Assembly (NCBI GenBank): GCA_951406725.2
Contig: OX597840.1
Span: 32,922,001 to 32,986,000 of the forward strand
Direction: 5' to 3'
DNA length: 64,000 bases
Source: Octopus vulgaris
Taxonomy: Eukaryota
The notes beneath the pieces were generated by a model. The model worked only from the letters and a program-made list of their open reading frames with translations, ran no database searches and was not told the origin of the DNA. This document shows, in pieces, positions 51,520 through 64,000 of this stretch. How positions within the stretch are numbered: position 1 is the first letter of the stretch; each line of letters opens with the position of its first letter. The translations under genes were made by a program, and so were the position numbers.

Positions 51520-54500
51520 TTTTATTATTACCCACAAGGGGCCAACAAAGAGGGGACAATACAACCTGATGTGGGGTCAGATTCACGTATGAGGTTACAA
51601 AAGTATGAGTTTAAAAATTTCAAAAATTTCACAAAAATTGCAAAAAATTATAAAAATCGAATGAGAAAAAACAGACCGGAAGACACTACAGGTGGAGTGG
51701 GGGCGGGTTCAGCTCGGACCCCACGAGCCCCGCCTCACCACTGATACTTTTGGTTTCGTTTTGATCTACATTTATGTGGTGTCATCCATTCTCAACTTCC
51801 GTGCTACATCCTTCCATCGTTCTTCATACACTCTTTTAGTCAGGCATTTTCTCTCCAGCCCTATCTTCCTTTTCAGGTGGTAGATGAAGTAATTCATCAA
51901 CCCAGGGCCGGATATGAACTTGCCTGACCGTATACCTTTCATTCTCGTCTTCCATATCACCTCCTTCGCAATTGCTACCACAACGAGAAAACAAGTCTTA
52001 CCTTCTTTCGCGAGGAAATCTGGTGGGTCAATTTTTTTAATACACTCAGTCGACAGCTGTACTCTTCGTGTGCTTGACAACAGCTGTTCGGCATAAACCC
52101 ACACCTCAGACACGTCCGAACAATGAACAATAGCGTGCGGGACGGTTTCCCTATCCCGCCCGCATCTTGGACACATCGGACTGTCTTGGCCACCGTGCCT
52201 TGCGAGTTTATCCCGAACAGGTAGAGCTCCTCTGTAGCATTGCCATGCCAGAGACTTCTGGAAGTTGTCCAGAGTCTTCGGCCCGAACGTACGTCGGAAC
52301 AGACTAGCCAGCTGATTATCGTCGAGACCCAGGGTTTCCCCCAAGGTGTCTTCACATTCCGCCTCTACCAACCCTCTATAGAAGAATGTGGTGGAACCCC
52401 CACCGCAGGCGTTGCCCGAGCGACGGAATAGCAGGAGGGCCTTTCGACACTCCGTATACCATGTACCGAGTTTCGATCTACGATTCAACCAGGTTTCCCA
52501 TCCACCGAAACTAGTGAACTTGGGAAACATCAGTTTTGCTAACGGAGACCACACCCGTTCACCATCCAGGTAGAGCCACAGATGTCTTAACCTCAGCGCA
52601 TGTCTGCGCATCATCAGCCAAGGCATCCCTAGCCCACCCTTTAACGGTTGTTGACAGCAAGTAGAGCGTTTCACAAGTGGTTTCCTGCCCTTCCACAGGA
52701 AGTAGAAGAGCTGTCTTTCCAACTTGGTCAACCACGAATCAGGGCATGGAACGACGGAAAGGCGGTAGATGATAACCGATGCGATAAACACATTGGCCAC
52801 CTCCGCCCTCCCTTTCAAGGATAGCCACCGCCTAGACCAGGTCTTGGCTACTGCAGCCACCTTGCTCGTTACCTCGCCCCAATTCTTCTCTATTTGGAGG
52901 TCTGGACCGAACCAGACCCCTAGCAGTTTAATCGGACCCTCCGTCCAACGTCCCACGACGCTGTCAGGAGGCATCGACTTGCCTCTCCAGGTGCCGAGTT
53001 GCAAGCCGACTGACTTTTCGCGATTAACTTTTGCTCCTGTCACCGTCTCGTAATCCTCTATGGCCTTGCCTACTTTACATAGGTGGTCCATTTCGGTCAC
53101 GATGATGGTGATGTCGTCCGCGTACGCTGACACTGATTTTCCATTACCTGGCTGTCTCGGGATGCCGCTCAGTTTTCGCAGTAATGGCTCAAGAGCCATC
53201 ACGTACAAAAGCGGGGAGAGCGGACACCCTTGACGAACCGAGCGTTTGATTTTGAACGGCTTCGACAAGAAGCCGTTCACCCGAACTACCGAGTCGATGT
53301 TGTCGTAAATTTGGATAATCCACCTGAGGAAGCCAAGGCCCAGCCCGAACTGTGCCAGAGCAGACACCAGGTAACGATGGTCGACCCTATCAAAAGCTTT
53401 GGATTGGTCTAAATGGACCAGTGCCCCACCCTTGCCAGAATCACTATTAAACCCCTCTATAGTGTACCGCATTAGATGGAGATTATCCTGAATGGTTCTG
53501 CCCGGAACGGCACATGTCTGTGCCTCCCCGATCAGACCATCCGCGACACGCGCCAATCTTTTCGATAACACTTTGGCCAAAATCTTCAACTCTGTGTTTA
53601 GCAGAGTGATGGGCCTGAAATTATCAATGCACTCCCCCTTGCTCGGGTCCTTTCTGACGAGAGTCACCACTCCCCGGCGCACAGATCTGGGTATCAACCC
53701 GTTCTGCTGCCAGTTCGCATAGACTTCCGCCAGTAGGTGCCCGAACAAGTCTGGCATATTCTTATATAACTCGTAGGGTAGACCATCCAAACCCGGCGCC
53801 TTGCCCGCGCCGCAGTCCGCCATTGCCTCCACCACCTCCTCAGGCGTGATTGGCCCTTCACAGCCCTCCGCATCTCGCCCCGATAGGCGCGGCAGCCCGT
53901 CGAGTAGGTCCGTAAAGGCCCTCCTCCTATCCAGTCCGCCGCACTCACCGAAAAGCTGAGCGAAGTGCTCCTGAAAGGCCTCACACATCTCCTCGGGTTC
54001 GTCTATCAACTCACCTTGTTGGTTCTTCAAAGATCGAATCGTGGCATCGTTGCCATTCCGGGCTTCCACCACTCGGGCCCATCTCACGGCGTTGATTCCT
54101 TCACATCCCATATGACGGATTCTAGCCCTGACAATGCAGCCCATGTGTTTGGCCTCGAGGTGCTGGTTTAACACCAGTCTCTTGGACGCCACCTGAGCCG
54201 CAGAGCCAGTTTTCATGGCTTCCTCTAATTCCTTAACTAGAGTAGTTACCCTTCTAGCCTCTCTAGACACTACTCCTATGCTATATCTAATAGACTCAAA
54301 CTTGATGGCTCGTTTGAGGGCGTACCACCATTTGTTATTAATGATGGCACCAGACAGCGCCCTCTGAATTATGGTCCTAATCCGGTCTCTGTACTCCTTA
54401 ATCGCCAAAAGGGACGTATTAAGTTTCCAGTAACCGGATCCTCTCTTTCTAACCTTATCTATGTCAAGCTTACAGGTGACCATTTTATGATCACTGTAGC

Positions 54501-56532
54501 TGATCGGGTAAAACTGTGGACGCTTAGCTATTTTACTGTCTACCTTTCTAATTAGAATTCTATCTATGTATGACCTGGAAGATCCGTCGCTGTTTGACCA
54601 TGTCCACAATGGAGCGTTCGGAAATTCCAACCTATAAGGATCTGCTAGCTCAAAGCGGCTTAGCAGTTCCAGGAAGCATGTGTTACCTTTTCTATCATTC
54701 GAGCCAACACAATCTACATCCGCTTTGCAAATTGTGTTAAAGTCTCCTAGCATAACTATTGAATGCGAAGTACCGAGAAAGTTCTCTAGATCACGATAAT
54801 AATCACTTTGCCCATTATTACTGCAGGGTGCGTAAATTGCAACCAGTCTGATAACTTTACCGTTACTGAACGTCAAATCCATGACGACCAGCCTACCTTC
54901 TGGGTCTGAAAAAATTAACTTTTTCTCAAAAACCCGGTTTCTTTTTAGTAGGACCAACACCCCACTCCCGCCTGCAGGACTGCCAGGAGAGAAAAAACTC
55001 TCGTAGCCGTCAAACAGTGGGAGTAGATCTCTTGGCCCCTTTAACCGGGTTTCTGTAGCAACAATAACATCCAAATTGCGCGACCTGATATCATTAAGGA
55101 AGCGACCTTGCTTCCCGCTTGATCCCAGGCCGCGCACATTTAAACAACCAACAGAAATGTAGTTCATCACTTACCTTATATCGGTAGTTTGGCTTTTTCG
55201 GCGGTTTCGCCTTCTTCTTCATTTTTTTTTTCTTTGGCTCGTGGGGGAGTCCGACGTAGGCCCTCGTATAGATATGGAGACATGTCCAGTCTCAGAGGGC
55301 CCACGTCGTGGAAGAACTCGGATTTTATCCTCCTGTAGTCCTTCCGGCCTATTTTATATATGATGAAGTCTTTCATCTTCCTTACACGTTCCACCTTGGC
55401 CATGGCTGCCAACACATTGACAAGTCTGTTGTTAGTAGCCTTAATGGCCATAAATGAAGAAGTAACCTCTTTCCTTTTCTTTAGGTTTTCTTCTTCTTGA
55501 GGGGTGGTTTCAGTTTTCCGTTTTTTTTGGTAACTTTAGACCACCCCTCCTCTTTTTCGTTTTCTTTTTCCTTTTCTGCAGCTTTTTCCACCTCTTTGGT
55601 TTCCTTTTTTTCCTCCGTTTCTTCTTTCTCCGACGGTTCTTCTGTCTGCGGTTTCGGTTGACACTCCGCTCTCACGTGCCCCTTCTTTCCGCAGCCGAAG
55701 CACCTCGGTTTTCTTCCTTCTACAAATACTAGAACTCGCTCCTCCTCATCTAGCCTCAGCACCTCTGGTATTTCTTCCAGAGTCTGGGCCTCTGCTTGTA
55801 TAGCCATTGTTATGATCTGGCCCTGCCAAAATCCCTCCTCCTCCACTGTAGCTTGGAGGATGTTGATTTTTTCTTTCAGGCCCAGCATCACTGCCGCCAC
55901 CAGGCATGAGGCGTCTGCCTCTGGGGGAATATTTCTCATTACTATCTTTGAAGTCCTTCTTCCTTTGTACAAGGGTAGAAGGACTAGATTTCCCGCTTTC
56001 TGAGGTTCTGTGGATAGCTTCTTAGCTATTTCTTCGGTTCTGAACCTCACTTCTACTGTTCCGAACCGTCTTCCTCTATTGATGTAAGTGATATCTTTTC
56101 TGATTGTCTTCAGGCACTCCTCTATTTTGCATTCTTCCACTTTTTGTATGCTTTTTGTAGTCGTGCTGTATGTCTTGTATATAATTCTTTTCTTTTCTAT
56201 CTCTTCCTTTTTTTCCATATCTTTTTTCACTGCAATTTCATTTCCTTCTTTCTTTAGAAGGTCTTCATATTTCTCTAGGTTTTCTATATCTATATTTTTC
56301 TGTTTGCGTCCAACAACTTCCGCAAACTTCTTTGTTGGGGCCTTTTGTCCTGGCGTTACCGCCGATTCTTTTTCCGGTGTCACCGCCGGCGTGCTTCTCT
56401 CACCCGAGGTTTGAGATTCTTCATCACCTGAGATGGGTGAATAGGTAATGGGGAAATCCATTTCGAATTTTCCTTCCAGTTTGTATTCACTGCCTTCCAA
56501 AGACATTCTGGCTTTGCAGCCGTTAGTATAAA

Positions 56533-56567
<35 letters not shown>

Positions 56568-56816
56568 AATGTGTTTCGTACACGAAGGCACACAATAATT
56601 CCCCCACGGGGGGGGGAACTACGTACACAACCTTCGCGCGAAGGCCACTAACCGTCTTATTAAAAAGACACAAAATAACAATATTAACACAGCAACAATA
56701 AACTACTAACTTTCAACAACACTATTTCAGACAAAAAACTCACGTTTCGTTTTTGAGAATCAATGAATAAGTCAAAGTGACGTCCTGTCGGGTTCACGAC
56801 TGCATAATGTTGGGTG
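51520..56816 (-). mobile_element. LINE unit E (ORF2 intact)
   Basis: ORF2 51772-55167 open; ORF1 55176-56506 with one homopolymer shift. Confidence 0.92.
51772..55167 (-). CDS. ORF2 APE-RT-CCHC, second intact copy
   Basis: Same motifs as unit C, with a few substitutions (E>V, E>G, T>A, N>D). Confidence 0.97.
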   Translation of the reverse strand: MNYISVGCLNVRGLGSSGKQGRFLNDIRSRNLDVIVATETRLKGPRDLLPLFDGYESFFSPGSPAGGSGVLVLLKRNRVFEKKLIFSDPEGRLVVMDLTFSNGKVIRLVAIYAPCSNNGQSDYYRDLENFLGTSHSIVMLGDFNTICKADVDCVGSNDRKGNTCFLELLSRFELADPYRLEFPNAPLWTWSNSDGSSRSYIDRILIRKVDSKIAKRPQFYPISYSDHKMVTCKLDIDKVRKRGSGYWKLNTSLLAIKEYRDRIRTIIQRALSGAIINNKWWYALKRAIKFESIRYSIGVVSREARRVTTLVKELEEAMKTGSAAQVASKRLVLNQHLEAKHMGCIVRARIRHMGCEGINAVRWARVVEARNGNDATIRSLKNQQGELIDEPEEMCEAFQEHFAQLFGECGGLDRRRAFTDLLDGLPRLSGRDAEGCEGPITPEEVVEAMADCGAGKAPGLDGLPYELYKNMPDLFGHLLAEVYANWQQNGLIPRSVRRGVVTLVRKDPSKGECIDNFRPITLLNTELKILAKVLSKRLARVADGLIGEAQTCAVPGRTIQDNLHLMRYTIEGFNSDSGKGGALVHLDQSKAFDRVDHRYLVSALAQFGLGLGFLRWIIQIYDNIDSVVRVNGFLSKPFKIKRSVRQGCPLSPLLYVMALEPLLRKLSGIPRQPGNGKSVSAYADDITIIVTEMDHLCKVGKAIEDYETVTGAKVNREKSVGLQLGTWRGKSMPPDSVVGRWTEGPIKLLGVWFGPDLQIEKNWGEVTSKVAAVAKTWSRRWLSLKGRAEVANVFIASVIIYRLSVVPCPDSWLTKLERQLFYFLWKGRKPLVKRSTCCQQPLKGGLGMPWLMMRRHALRLRHLWLYLDGERVWSPLAKLMFPKFTSFGGWETWLNRRSKLGTWYTECRKALLLFRRSGNACGGGSTTFFYRGLVEAECEDTLGETLGLDDNQLASLFRRTFGPKTLDNFQKSLAWQCYRGALPVRDKLARHGGQDSPMCPRCGRDRETVPHAIVHCSDVSEVWVYAEQLLSSTRRVQLSTECIKKIDPPDFLAKEGKTCFLVVVAIAKEVIWKTRMKGIRSGKFISGPGLMNYFIYHLKRKIGLERKCLTKRVYEERWKDVARKLRMDDTT

Positions 56817-59800
56817 TTTTATTATTACCCACAAGGGGCCAACAAAGAGGGGACAATACAACCTGATGTGGGGTCAGATTCACGTATGAGGTTACAAAAG
56901 TATGAGTTTAAAAATTTCAAAAATTCACAAAAATTGCAAAAATTATAAAAATCGAATGAGAAAAAAACAGACCGGAAGACACTACAGGTGGAGTGGGGGC
57001 GGGTTCAGCTCGGACCCCACGAGCCCCGCCTCACCACTGATACTTTTGGTTTCGTTTTGATCTACATTTATGTGGTGTCATTCATTCTCAACTTCCGTGC
57101 TACATCCTTCCATCGTTCTTCATACACTCTTTTAGTCAGGCATTTTCTCTCCAGCCCTATCTTCCTTTTCAGGTGGTAGATGAAGTAATTCATCAACCCA
57201 GGGCCGGATATGAACTTGCCTGACCGTATACCTTTCATTCTCGTCTTCCATATCACCTCCTTCGCAATTGCTACCACAACGAGAAAACAAGTCTTACCTT
57301 CTTTCGCGAGGAAATCTGGTGGGTCAATTTTTTTAATACACTCAGTCGACAGCTGTACTCTTCGTGTGCTTGACAACAGCTGTTCGGCATAAACCCACAC
57401 CTCAGACACGTCCGAACAATGAACAATAGCGTGCGGGACGGTTTCCCTATCCCGCCCACATCTTGGACACATCGGACTGTCTTGGCCACCGTGCCTTGCG
57501 AGTTTATCCCGAACAGGTAGAGCTCCTCTGTAGCATTGCCATGTCAGAGACTTCTGGAAGTTGTCCAGAGTCTTCGGCTCGAACGTACGTCGGAACAGAC
57601 TAGCCAGCTGATTATCGTCGAGACCCAGGGTTTCCCCCAAGGTGTCTTCACATTCCGCCTCTACCAACCCTCTATAGAAGAATGTGGTGGAACCCCCACC
57701 GCAGGCGTTGCCCGAGCGACGGAATAGCAGGAGGGCCTTTCGACACTCCGTATACCATGTACCGAGTTTCGATCTACGATTCAACCAGGTTTCCCATCCA
57801 CCGAAACTAGTGAACTTGGGAAACATCAGTTTTGCTAACGGAGACCACACCCGTTCACCATCCAGGTAGAGCCACAGATGTCTTAACCTCAGCGCATGTC
57901 TGCGCATCATCAGCCAAGGCATCCCTAGCCCACCCTTTAACGGTTGTTGACAGCAAGTAGAGCGTTTCACAAGTGGTTTCCTGCCCTTCCACAGGAAGTA
58001 GAAGAGCTGTCTTTCCAACTTGGTCAACCACGAATCAGGGCATGGAACGACGGAAAGGCGGTAGATGATAACCGATGCGATAAACACATTGGCCACCTCC
58101 GCCCTCCCTTTCAAGGATAGCCACCGCCTAGACCAGGTCTTGGCTACTGCAGCCACCTTGCTCGTTACCTCGCCCCAATTCTTCTCTATTTGGAGGTCTG
58201 GACCGAACCAGACCCCTAGCAGTTTAATCGGACCCTCCGTCCAACGTCCCACGACGCTGTCAGGAGGCATCGACTTGCCTCTCCAGGTGCCGAGTTGCAA
58301 GCCGACTGACTTTTCGCGATTAACTTTTGCTCCTGTCACCGTCTCGTAATCCTCTATGGCCTTGCCTACTTTACATAGGTGGTCCATTTCGGTCACGATG
58401 ATGGTGATGTCGTCCGCGTACGCTGACACTGATTTTCCATTACCTGGCTGTCTCGGGATGCCGCTCAGTTTTCGCAGTAATGGCTCAAGAGCCATCACGT
58501 ACAAAAGCGGGGAGAGCGGACACCCTTGACGAACCGAGCGTTTGATTTTGAACGGCTTCGACAAGAAGCCGTTCACCCGAACTACCGAGTCGATGTTGTC
58601 GTAAATTTGGATAATCCACCTGAGGAAGCCAAGGCCCAGCCCGAACTGTGCCAGAGCAGACACCAGGTAACGATGGTCGACCCTATCAAAAGCTTTGGAT
58701 TGGTCTAAATGGACCAGTGCCCCACCCTTGCCAGAATCACTATTAAACCCCTCTATAGTGTACCGCATTAGATGGAGATTATCCTGAATGGTTCTGCCCG
58801 GAACGGCACATGTCTGTGCCTCCCCGATCAGACCATCCGCGACACGCGCCAATCTTTTCGATAACACTTTGGCCAAAATCTTCAACTCTGTGTTTAGCAG
58901 AGTGATGGGCCTGAAATTATCAATGCACTCCCCTTGCTCGGGTCCTTTCTGACGAGAGTCACCACTCCCCGGCGCACAGATCTGGGTATCAACCCGTTCT
59001 GCTGCCAGTTCGCATAGACTTCCGCCAGTAGGTGCCCGAACAAGTCTGGCATATTCTTATATAACTCGTAGGGTAGACCATCCAAACCCGGCGCCTTGCC
59101 CGCGCCGCAGTCCGCCATTGCCTCCACCACCTCCTCAGGCGTGATTGGCCCTTCACAGCCCTCCGCATCTCGCCCCGATAGGCGCGGCAGCCCGTCGAGT
59201 AGGTCCGTAAAGGCCCTCCTCCTATCCAGTCCGCCGCACTCACCGAAAAGCTGAGCGAAGTGCTCCTGAAAGGCCTCACACATCTCCTCGGGTTCGTCTA
59301 TCAACTCACCTTGTTGGTTCTTCAAAGATCGAATCGTGGCATCGTTGCCATTCCGGGCTTCCACCACTCGGGCCCATCTCACGGCGTTGATTCCTTCACA
59401 TCCCATATGACGGATTCTAGCCCTGACAATGCAGCCCATGTGTTTGGCCTCGAGGTGCTGGTTTAACACCAGTCTCTTGGACGCCACCTGAGCCGCAGAG
59501 CCAGTTTTCATGGCTTCCTCTAATTCCTTAACTAGAGTAGTTACCCTTCTAGCCTCTCTAGACACTACTCCTATGCTATATCTAATAGACTCAAACTTGA
59601 TGGCTCGTTTGAGGGCGTACCACCATTTGTTATTAATGATGGCACCAGACAGCGCCCTCTGAATTATGGTCCTAATCCGGTCTCTGTACTCCTTAATCGC
59701 CAAAAGGGACGTATTAAGTTTCCAGTAACCGGATCCTCTCTTTCTAACCTTATCTATGTCAAGCTTACAAGTGACCATTTTATGATCACTGTAGCTGATC

Positions 59801-61827
59801 GGGAAAAACTGTGGACGCTTAGCTATTTTACTGTCTACCTTTCTAATTAGAATTCTATCTATGTATGACCTGGAAGATCCGTCGCTGTTTGACCATGTCC
59901 ACAATGGAGCGTTCGGAAATTCCAACCTATAAGGATCTGCTAGCTCAAAGCGGCTTAGCAGTTCCAGGAAGCATGTGTTACCTTTTCTATCATTCGAGCC
60001 AACACAATCTACATCCGCTTTGCAAATTGTGTTAAAGTCTCCTAGCATAACTATTGAATGCGAAGTACCGAGAAAGTTCTCTAGATCACGATAATAATCA
60101 CTTTGCCCATTATTACTGCAGGGTGCGTAAATTGCAACCAGTCTGATAACTTTACCGTTACTGAACGTCAAATCCATGACGACCAGCCTACCTTCTGGGT
60201 CTGAAAAAATTAACTTTTTCTCAAAAACCCGGTTTCTTTTTAGTAGGACCAACACCCCACTCCCGCCTGCAGGACTGCCAGGAGAGAAAAAACTCTCGTA
60301 GCCGTCAAACAGTGGGAGTAGATCTCTTGGCCCCTTTAACCGGGTTTCTGTAGCAACAATAACATCCAAATTGCGCGACCTGATATCATTAAGGAAGCGA
60401 CCTTGCTTCCCGCTTGATCCCAGGCCGCGCACATTTAAACAACCAACAGAAATGTAGTTCATCACTTACCTTATATCGGTAGTTTGGCTTTTTCGGCGGT
60501 TTCGCCTTCTTCTTCATTTTTTTTTTCTTTGGCTCGTGGGGGAGTCCGACGTAGGCCCTCGTATAGATATGGAGACATGTCCAGTCTCAGAGGGCCCACG
60601 TCGTGGAAGAACTCGGATTTTATCCTCCTGTAGTCCTTCCGGCCTATTTTATATATGATGAAGTCTTTCATCTTCCTTACACGTTCCACCTTGGCCATGG
60701 CTGCCAACACATTGACAAGTCTGTTGTTAGTAGCCTTAATGGCCATAAATGAAGAAGTAACCTCTTTCCTTTTCTTTAGGTTTTCTTCTTCTTGAGGGGT
60801 GGTTTCAGTTTTCCGTTTTTTTTGGTAACTTTAGACCACCCCTCCTCTTTTTCGTTTTCTTTTTCCTTTTCTGCAGCTTTTTCCACCTCTTTGGTTTCCT
60901 TTTTTTCCTCCGTTTCTTCTTTCTCCGACGGTTCTTCTGTCTGCGGTTTCGGTTGACACTCCGCTCTCACGTGCCCCTTCTTTCCGCAGCCGAAGCACCT
61001 CGGTTTTCTTCCTTCTACGAATACTAGAACTCGCTCCTCCTCATCTAGCCTCAGCACCTCTGGTATTTCTTCCAGAGTCTGGGCCTCTGCTTGTATAGCC
61101 ATTGTTATGATCTGGCCCTGCCAAAATCCCTCCTCCTCCACTGTAGCTTGGAGGATGTTGATTTTTTCTTTCAGGCCCAGCATCACTGCCGCCACCAGGC
61201 ATGAGGCGTCTGCCTCTGGGGGAATATTTCTCATTACTATCTTTGAAGTCCTTCTTCCTTTGTACAAGGGTAGAAGGACTAGATTTCCCGCTTTCTGAGG
61301 TTCTGTGGATAGCTTCTTAGCTATTTCTTCTGTTCTGAACCTCACTTCTACTGTTCCGAACCGTCTTCCTCTATTGATGTAAGTGATATCTTTTCTGATT
61401 GTCTTCAGGCACTCCTCTATTTTGCATTCTTCCACTTTTTGTATGCTTTTTGTAGTCGTGCTGTATGTCTTGTATATAATTCTTTTCTTTTCTATCTCTT
61501 CCTTTTTTTCCATATCTTTTTTCACTGCAATTTCATTTCCTTCTTTCTTTAGAAGGTCTTCATATTTCTCTAGGTTTTCTATATCTATATCTTTCTGTTT
61601 GCGTCCAACAACTTCCGCAAACTTCTTTGTTGGGGCCTTTTGTTCTGGCGTTACCGCCGATTCTTTTTCCGGTGTCACCGCCGGCGTGCTTCTCTCACCC
61701 GAGGTTTGAGATTCTTCATCACCTGAGATGGGTGAATAGGTAATGGGGAAATCCATTTCGAATTTTCCTTCCAGTTTGTATTCACTGCCTTCCAAAGACA
61801 TTCTGGCTTTGCAGCCGTTAGTAGAAA

Positions 61828-61859
<32 letters not shown>

Positions 61860-62106
61860 GAATGTGTTTCGTACACGAAGGCACACAATAATTCCCCCAC
61901 GGGGGGGAACTACGTACACAACCTTCGCGCGAAGGCCACTAACCGTCTTATTAAAAGACACAAAATAACAATATTAACACAGCAACAATAAACTACTAAC
62001 TTTCAACAACACTATTTCAGACAAAAAACTCACGTTTCGTTTTTGAGAATCAATGAATAAGTCAAAGTGACGTCCTGTCGGGTTCACGACTGCATAATGT
62101 TGGGTG
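56817..62106 (-). mobile_element. LINE unit F
   Basis: ORF2 57068-60462 with a 1-nt loss in a C-run at ~58930; ORF1 60471-61801 with one shift. Confidence 0.9.
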
Positions 62107-64000
62107 TTTTATTATTACCCACAAGGGGCCAACAAAGAGGGGACAATACAACCTGATGTGGGGTCAGATTCACGTATGAGGTTACAAAAGTATGAGTTTA
62201 AAAATTTCAAAAATTCACAAAAATTGCAAAAATTATAAAAATCGAATGAGAAAAAACAGACCGGAAGACACTACAGGTGGAGTGGGGGCGGGTTCAGCTC
62301 GGACCCCACGAGCCCCGCCTCACCACTGATACTTTTGGTTTCGTTTTGATCTACATTTATGTGGTGTCATTCATTCTCAACTTCCGTGCTACATCCTTCC
62401 ATCGTTCTTCATACACTCTTTTAGTCAGGCATTTTCTCTCCAGCCCTATCTTCCTTTTCAGGTGGTAGATGAAGTAATTCATCAACCCAGGGCCGGATAT
62501 GAACTTGCCTGACCGTATACCTTTCATTCTCGTCTTCCATATCACCTCCTTCGCAATTGCTACCACAACGAGAAAACAAGTCTTACCTTCTTTCGCGAGG
62601 AAATCTGGTGGGTCAATTTTTTTAATACACTCAGTCGACAGCTGTACTCTTCGTGTGCTTGACAACAGCTGTTCGGCATAAACCCACACCTCAGACACGT
62701 CCGAACAATGAACAATAGCGTGCGGGACGGTTTCCCTATCCCGCCCGCATCTTGGACACATCGGACTGTCTTGGCCACCGTGCCTTGCGAGTTTATCCCG
62801 AACAGGTAGAGCTCCTCTGTAGCATTGCCATGTCAGAGACTTCTGGAAGTTGTCCAGAGTCTTCGGCTCGAACGTACGTCGGAACAGACTAGCCAGCTGA
62901 TTATCGTCGAGACCCAGGGTTTCCCCCAAGGTGTCTTCACATTCCGCCTCTACCAACCCTCTATAGAAGAATGTGGTGGAACCCCCACCGCAGGCGTTGC
63001 CCGAGCGACGGAATAGCAGGAGGGCCTTTCGACACTCCGTATACCATGTACCGAGTTTCGATCTACGATTCAACCAGGTTTCCCATCCACCGAAACTAGT
63101 GAACTTGGGAAACATCAGTTTTGCTAACGGAGACCACACCCGTTCACCATCCAGGTAGAGCCACAGATGTCTTAACCTCAGCGCATGTCTGCGCATCATC
63201 AGCCAAGGCATCCCTAGCCCACCCTTTAACGGTTGTTGACAGCAAGTAGAGCGTTTCACAAGTGGTTTCCTGCCCTTCCACAGGAAGTAGAAGAGCTGTC
63301 TTTCCAACTTGGTCAACCACGAATCAGGGCATGGAACGACGGAAAGGCGGTAGATGATAACCGATGCGATAAACACATTGGCCACCTCCGCCCTCCCTTT
63401 CAAGGATAGCCACCGCCTAGACCAGGTCTTGGCTACTGCAGCCACCTTGCTCGTTACCTCGCCCCAATTCTTCTCTATTTGGAGGTCTGGACCGAACCAG
63501 ACCCCTAGCAGTTTAATCGGACCCTCCGTCCAACGTCCCACGACGCTGTCAGGAGGCATCGACTTGCCTCTCCAGGTGCCGAGTTGCAAGCCGACTGACT
63601 TTTCGCGATTAACTTTTGCTCCTGTCACCGTCTCGTAATCCTCTATGGCCTTGCCTACTTTACATAGGTGGTCCATTTCGGTCACGATGATGGTGATGTC
63701 GTCCGCGTACGCTGACACTGATTTTCCATTACCTGGCTGTCTCGGGATGCCGCTCAGTTTTCGCAGTAATGGCTCAAGAGCCATCACGTACAAAAGCGGG
63801 GAGAGCGGACACCCTTGACGAACCGAGCGTTTGATTTTGAACGGCTTCGACAAGAAGCCGTTCACCCGAACTACCGAGTCGATGTTGTCGTAAATTTGGA
63901 TAATCCACCTGAGGAAGCCAAGGCCCAGTCCGAACTGTGCCAGAGCAGACACCAGGTAACGATGGTCGACCCTATCAAAAGCTTTGGATTGGTCTAAATG
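62107..64000 (-). mobile_element. Partial unit G (3' UTR and C-terminal half of ORF2); array runs past the window edge
   Basis: ORF2 is open from the window edge to the stop at 62357. Confidence 0.92.

Larger units (their letters stand above)
29326..64000 (-). repeat. Head-to-tail tandem array of a ~5.29 kb L1/Tx1-type non-LTR retrotransposon
   Basis: ORF2 stop codons at 30607, 35893, 41181, 46474, 51772, 57068 and 62357 (period 5286-5298); junctions are identical apart from SNPs and homopolymer lengths. Confidence 0.97.

Noticed and set aside
31074-63997. Short plus-strand ORFs repeated in every unit
   Set aside because: Antisense shadows of ORF1/ORF2 with no motifs; recurrence only reflects unit identity
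29326-64000. Telomeric HeT-A-like role as a firm call
   Set aside because: No chromosome end or telomeric repeat in view, units are uniform rather than variably truncated, and orientation across the gap is unverified; kept only as a hypothesis

Overview
AT-rich, microsatellite-dense eukaryotic DNA. The SINE repertoire looks like octopus (cephalopod), which is an inference. A 100-N scaffold gap at 29226-29325 splits the window. Left half (1-29225): repeat-rich sequence with three tRNA-type SINE families, decayed RTE-type LINEs, mariner remnants, MITEs and a ~4.8 kb (CATA)n tract. It also has two paralogous CRE-containing promoter/first-exon modules, one of which may splice to an exon giving a 72-aa single-pass membrane peptide. 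Right half (29326-64000): an uninterrupted head-to-tail array of a ~5.29 kb L1/Tx1-type non-LTR retrotransposon on the minus strand, with 6 complete and 2 partial near-identical units. Each unit has a CCHC ORF1 and a 1131-aa APE-RT-CCHC ORF2. Main observations: (i) full-length LINE units abut with identical junctions, no 5' truncations and no recognisable host target gene; (ii) the LINE's presumptive 3'-terminal ~40 nt closely match the 3' tail of an abundant local SINE, suggesting a LINE-SINE partnership; (iii) that SINE also forms head-to-tail multimers, and one dimer lies inside a single 17-bp target-site duplication; (iv) the inter-unit region has several hairpins and a ~30-nt poly(A) just upstream of ORF1. 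All identities were judged by eye and no database searches were run.
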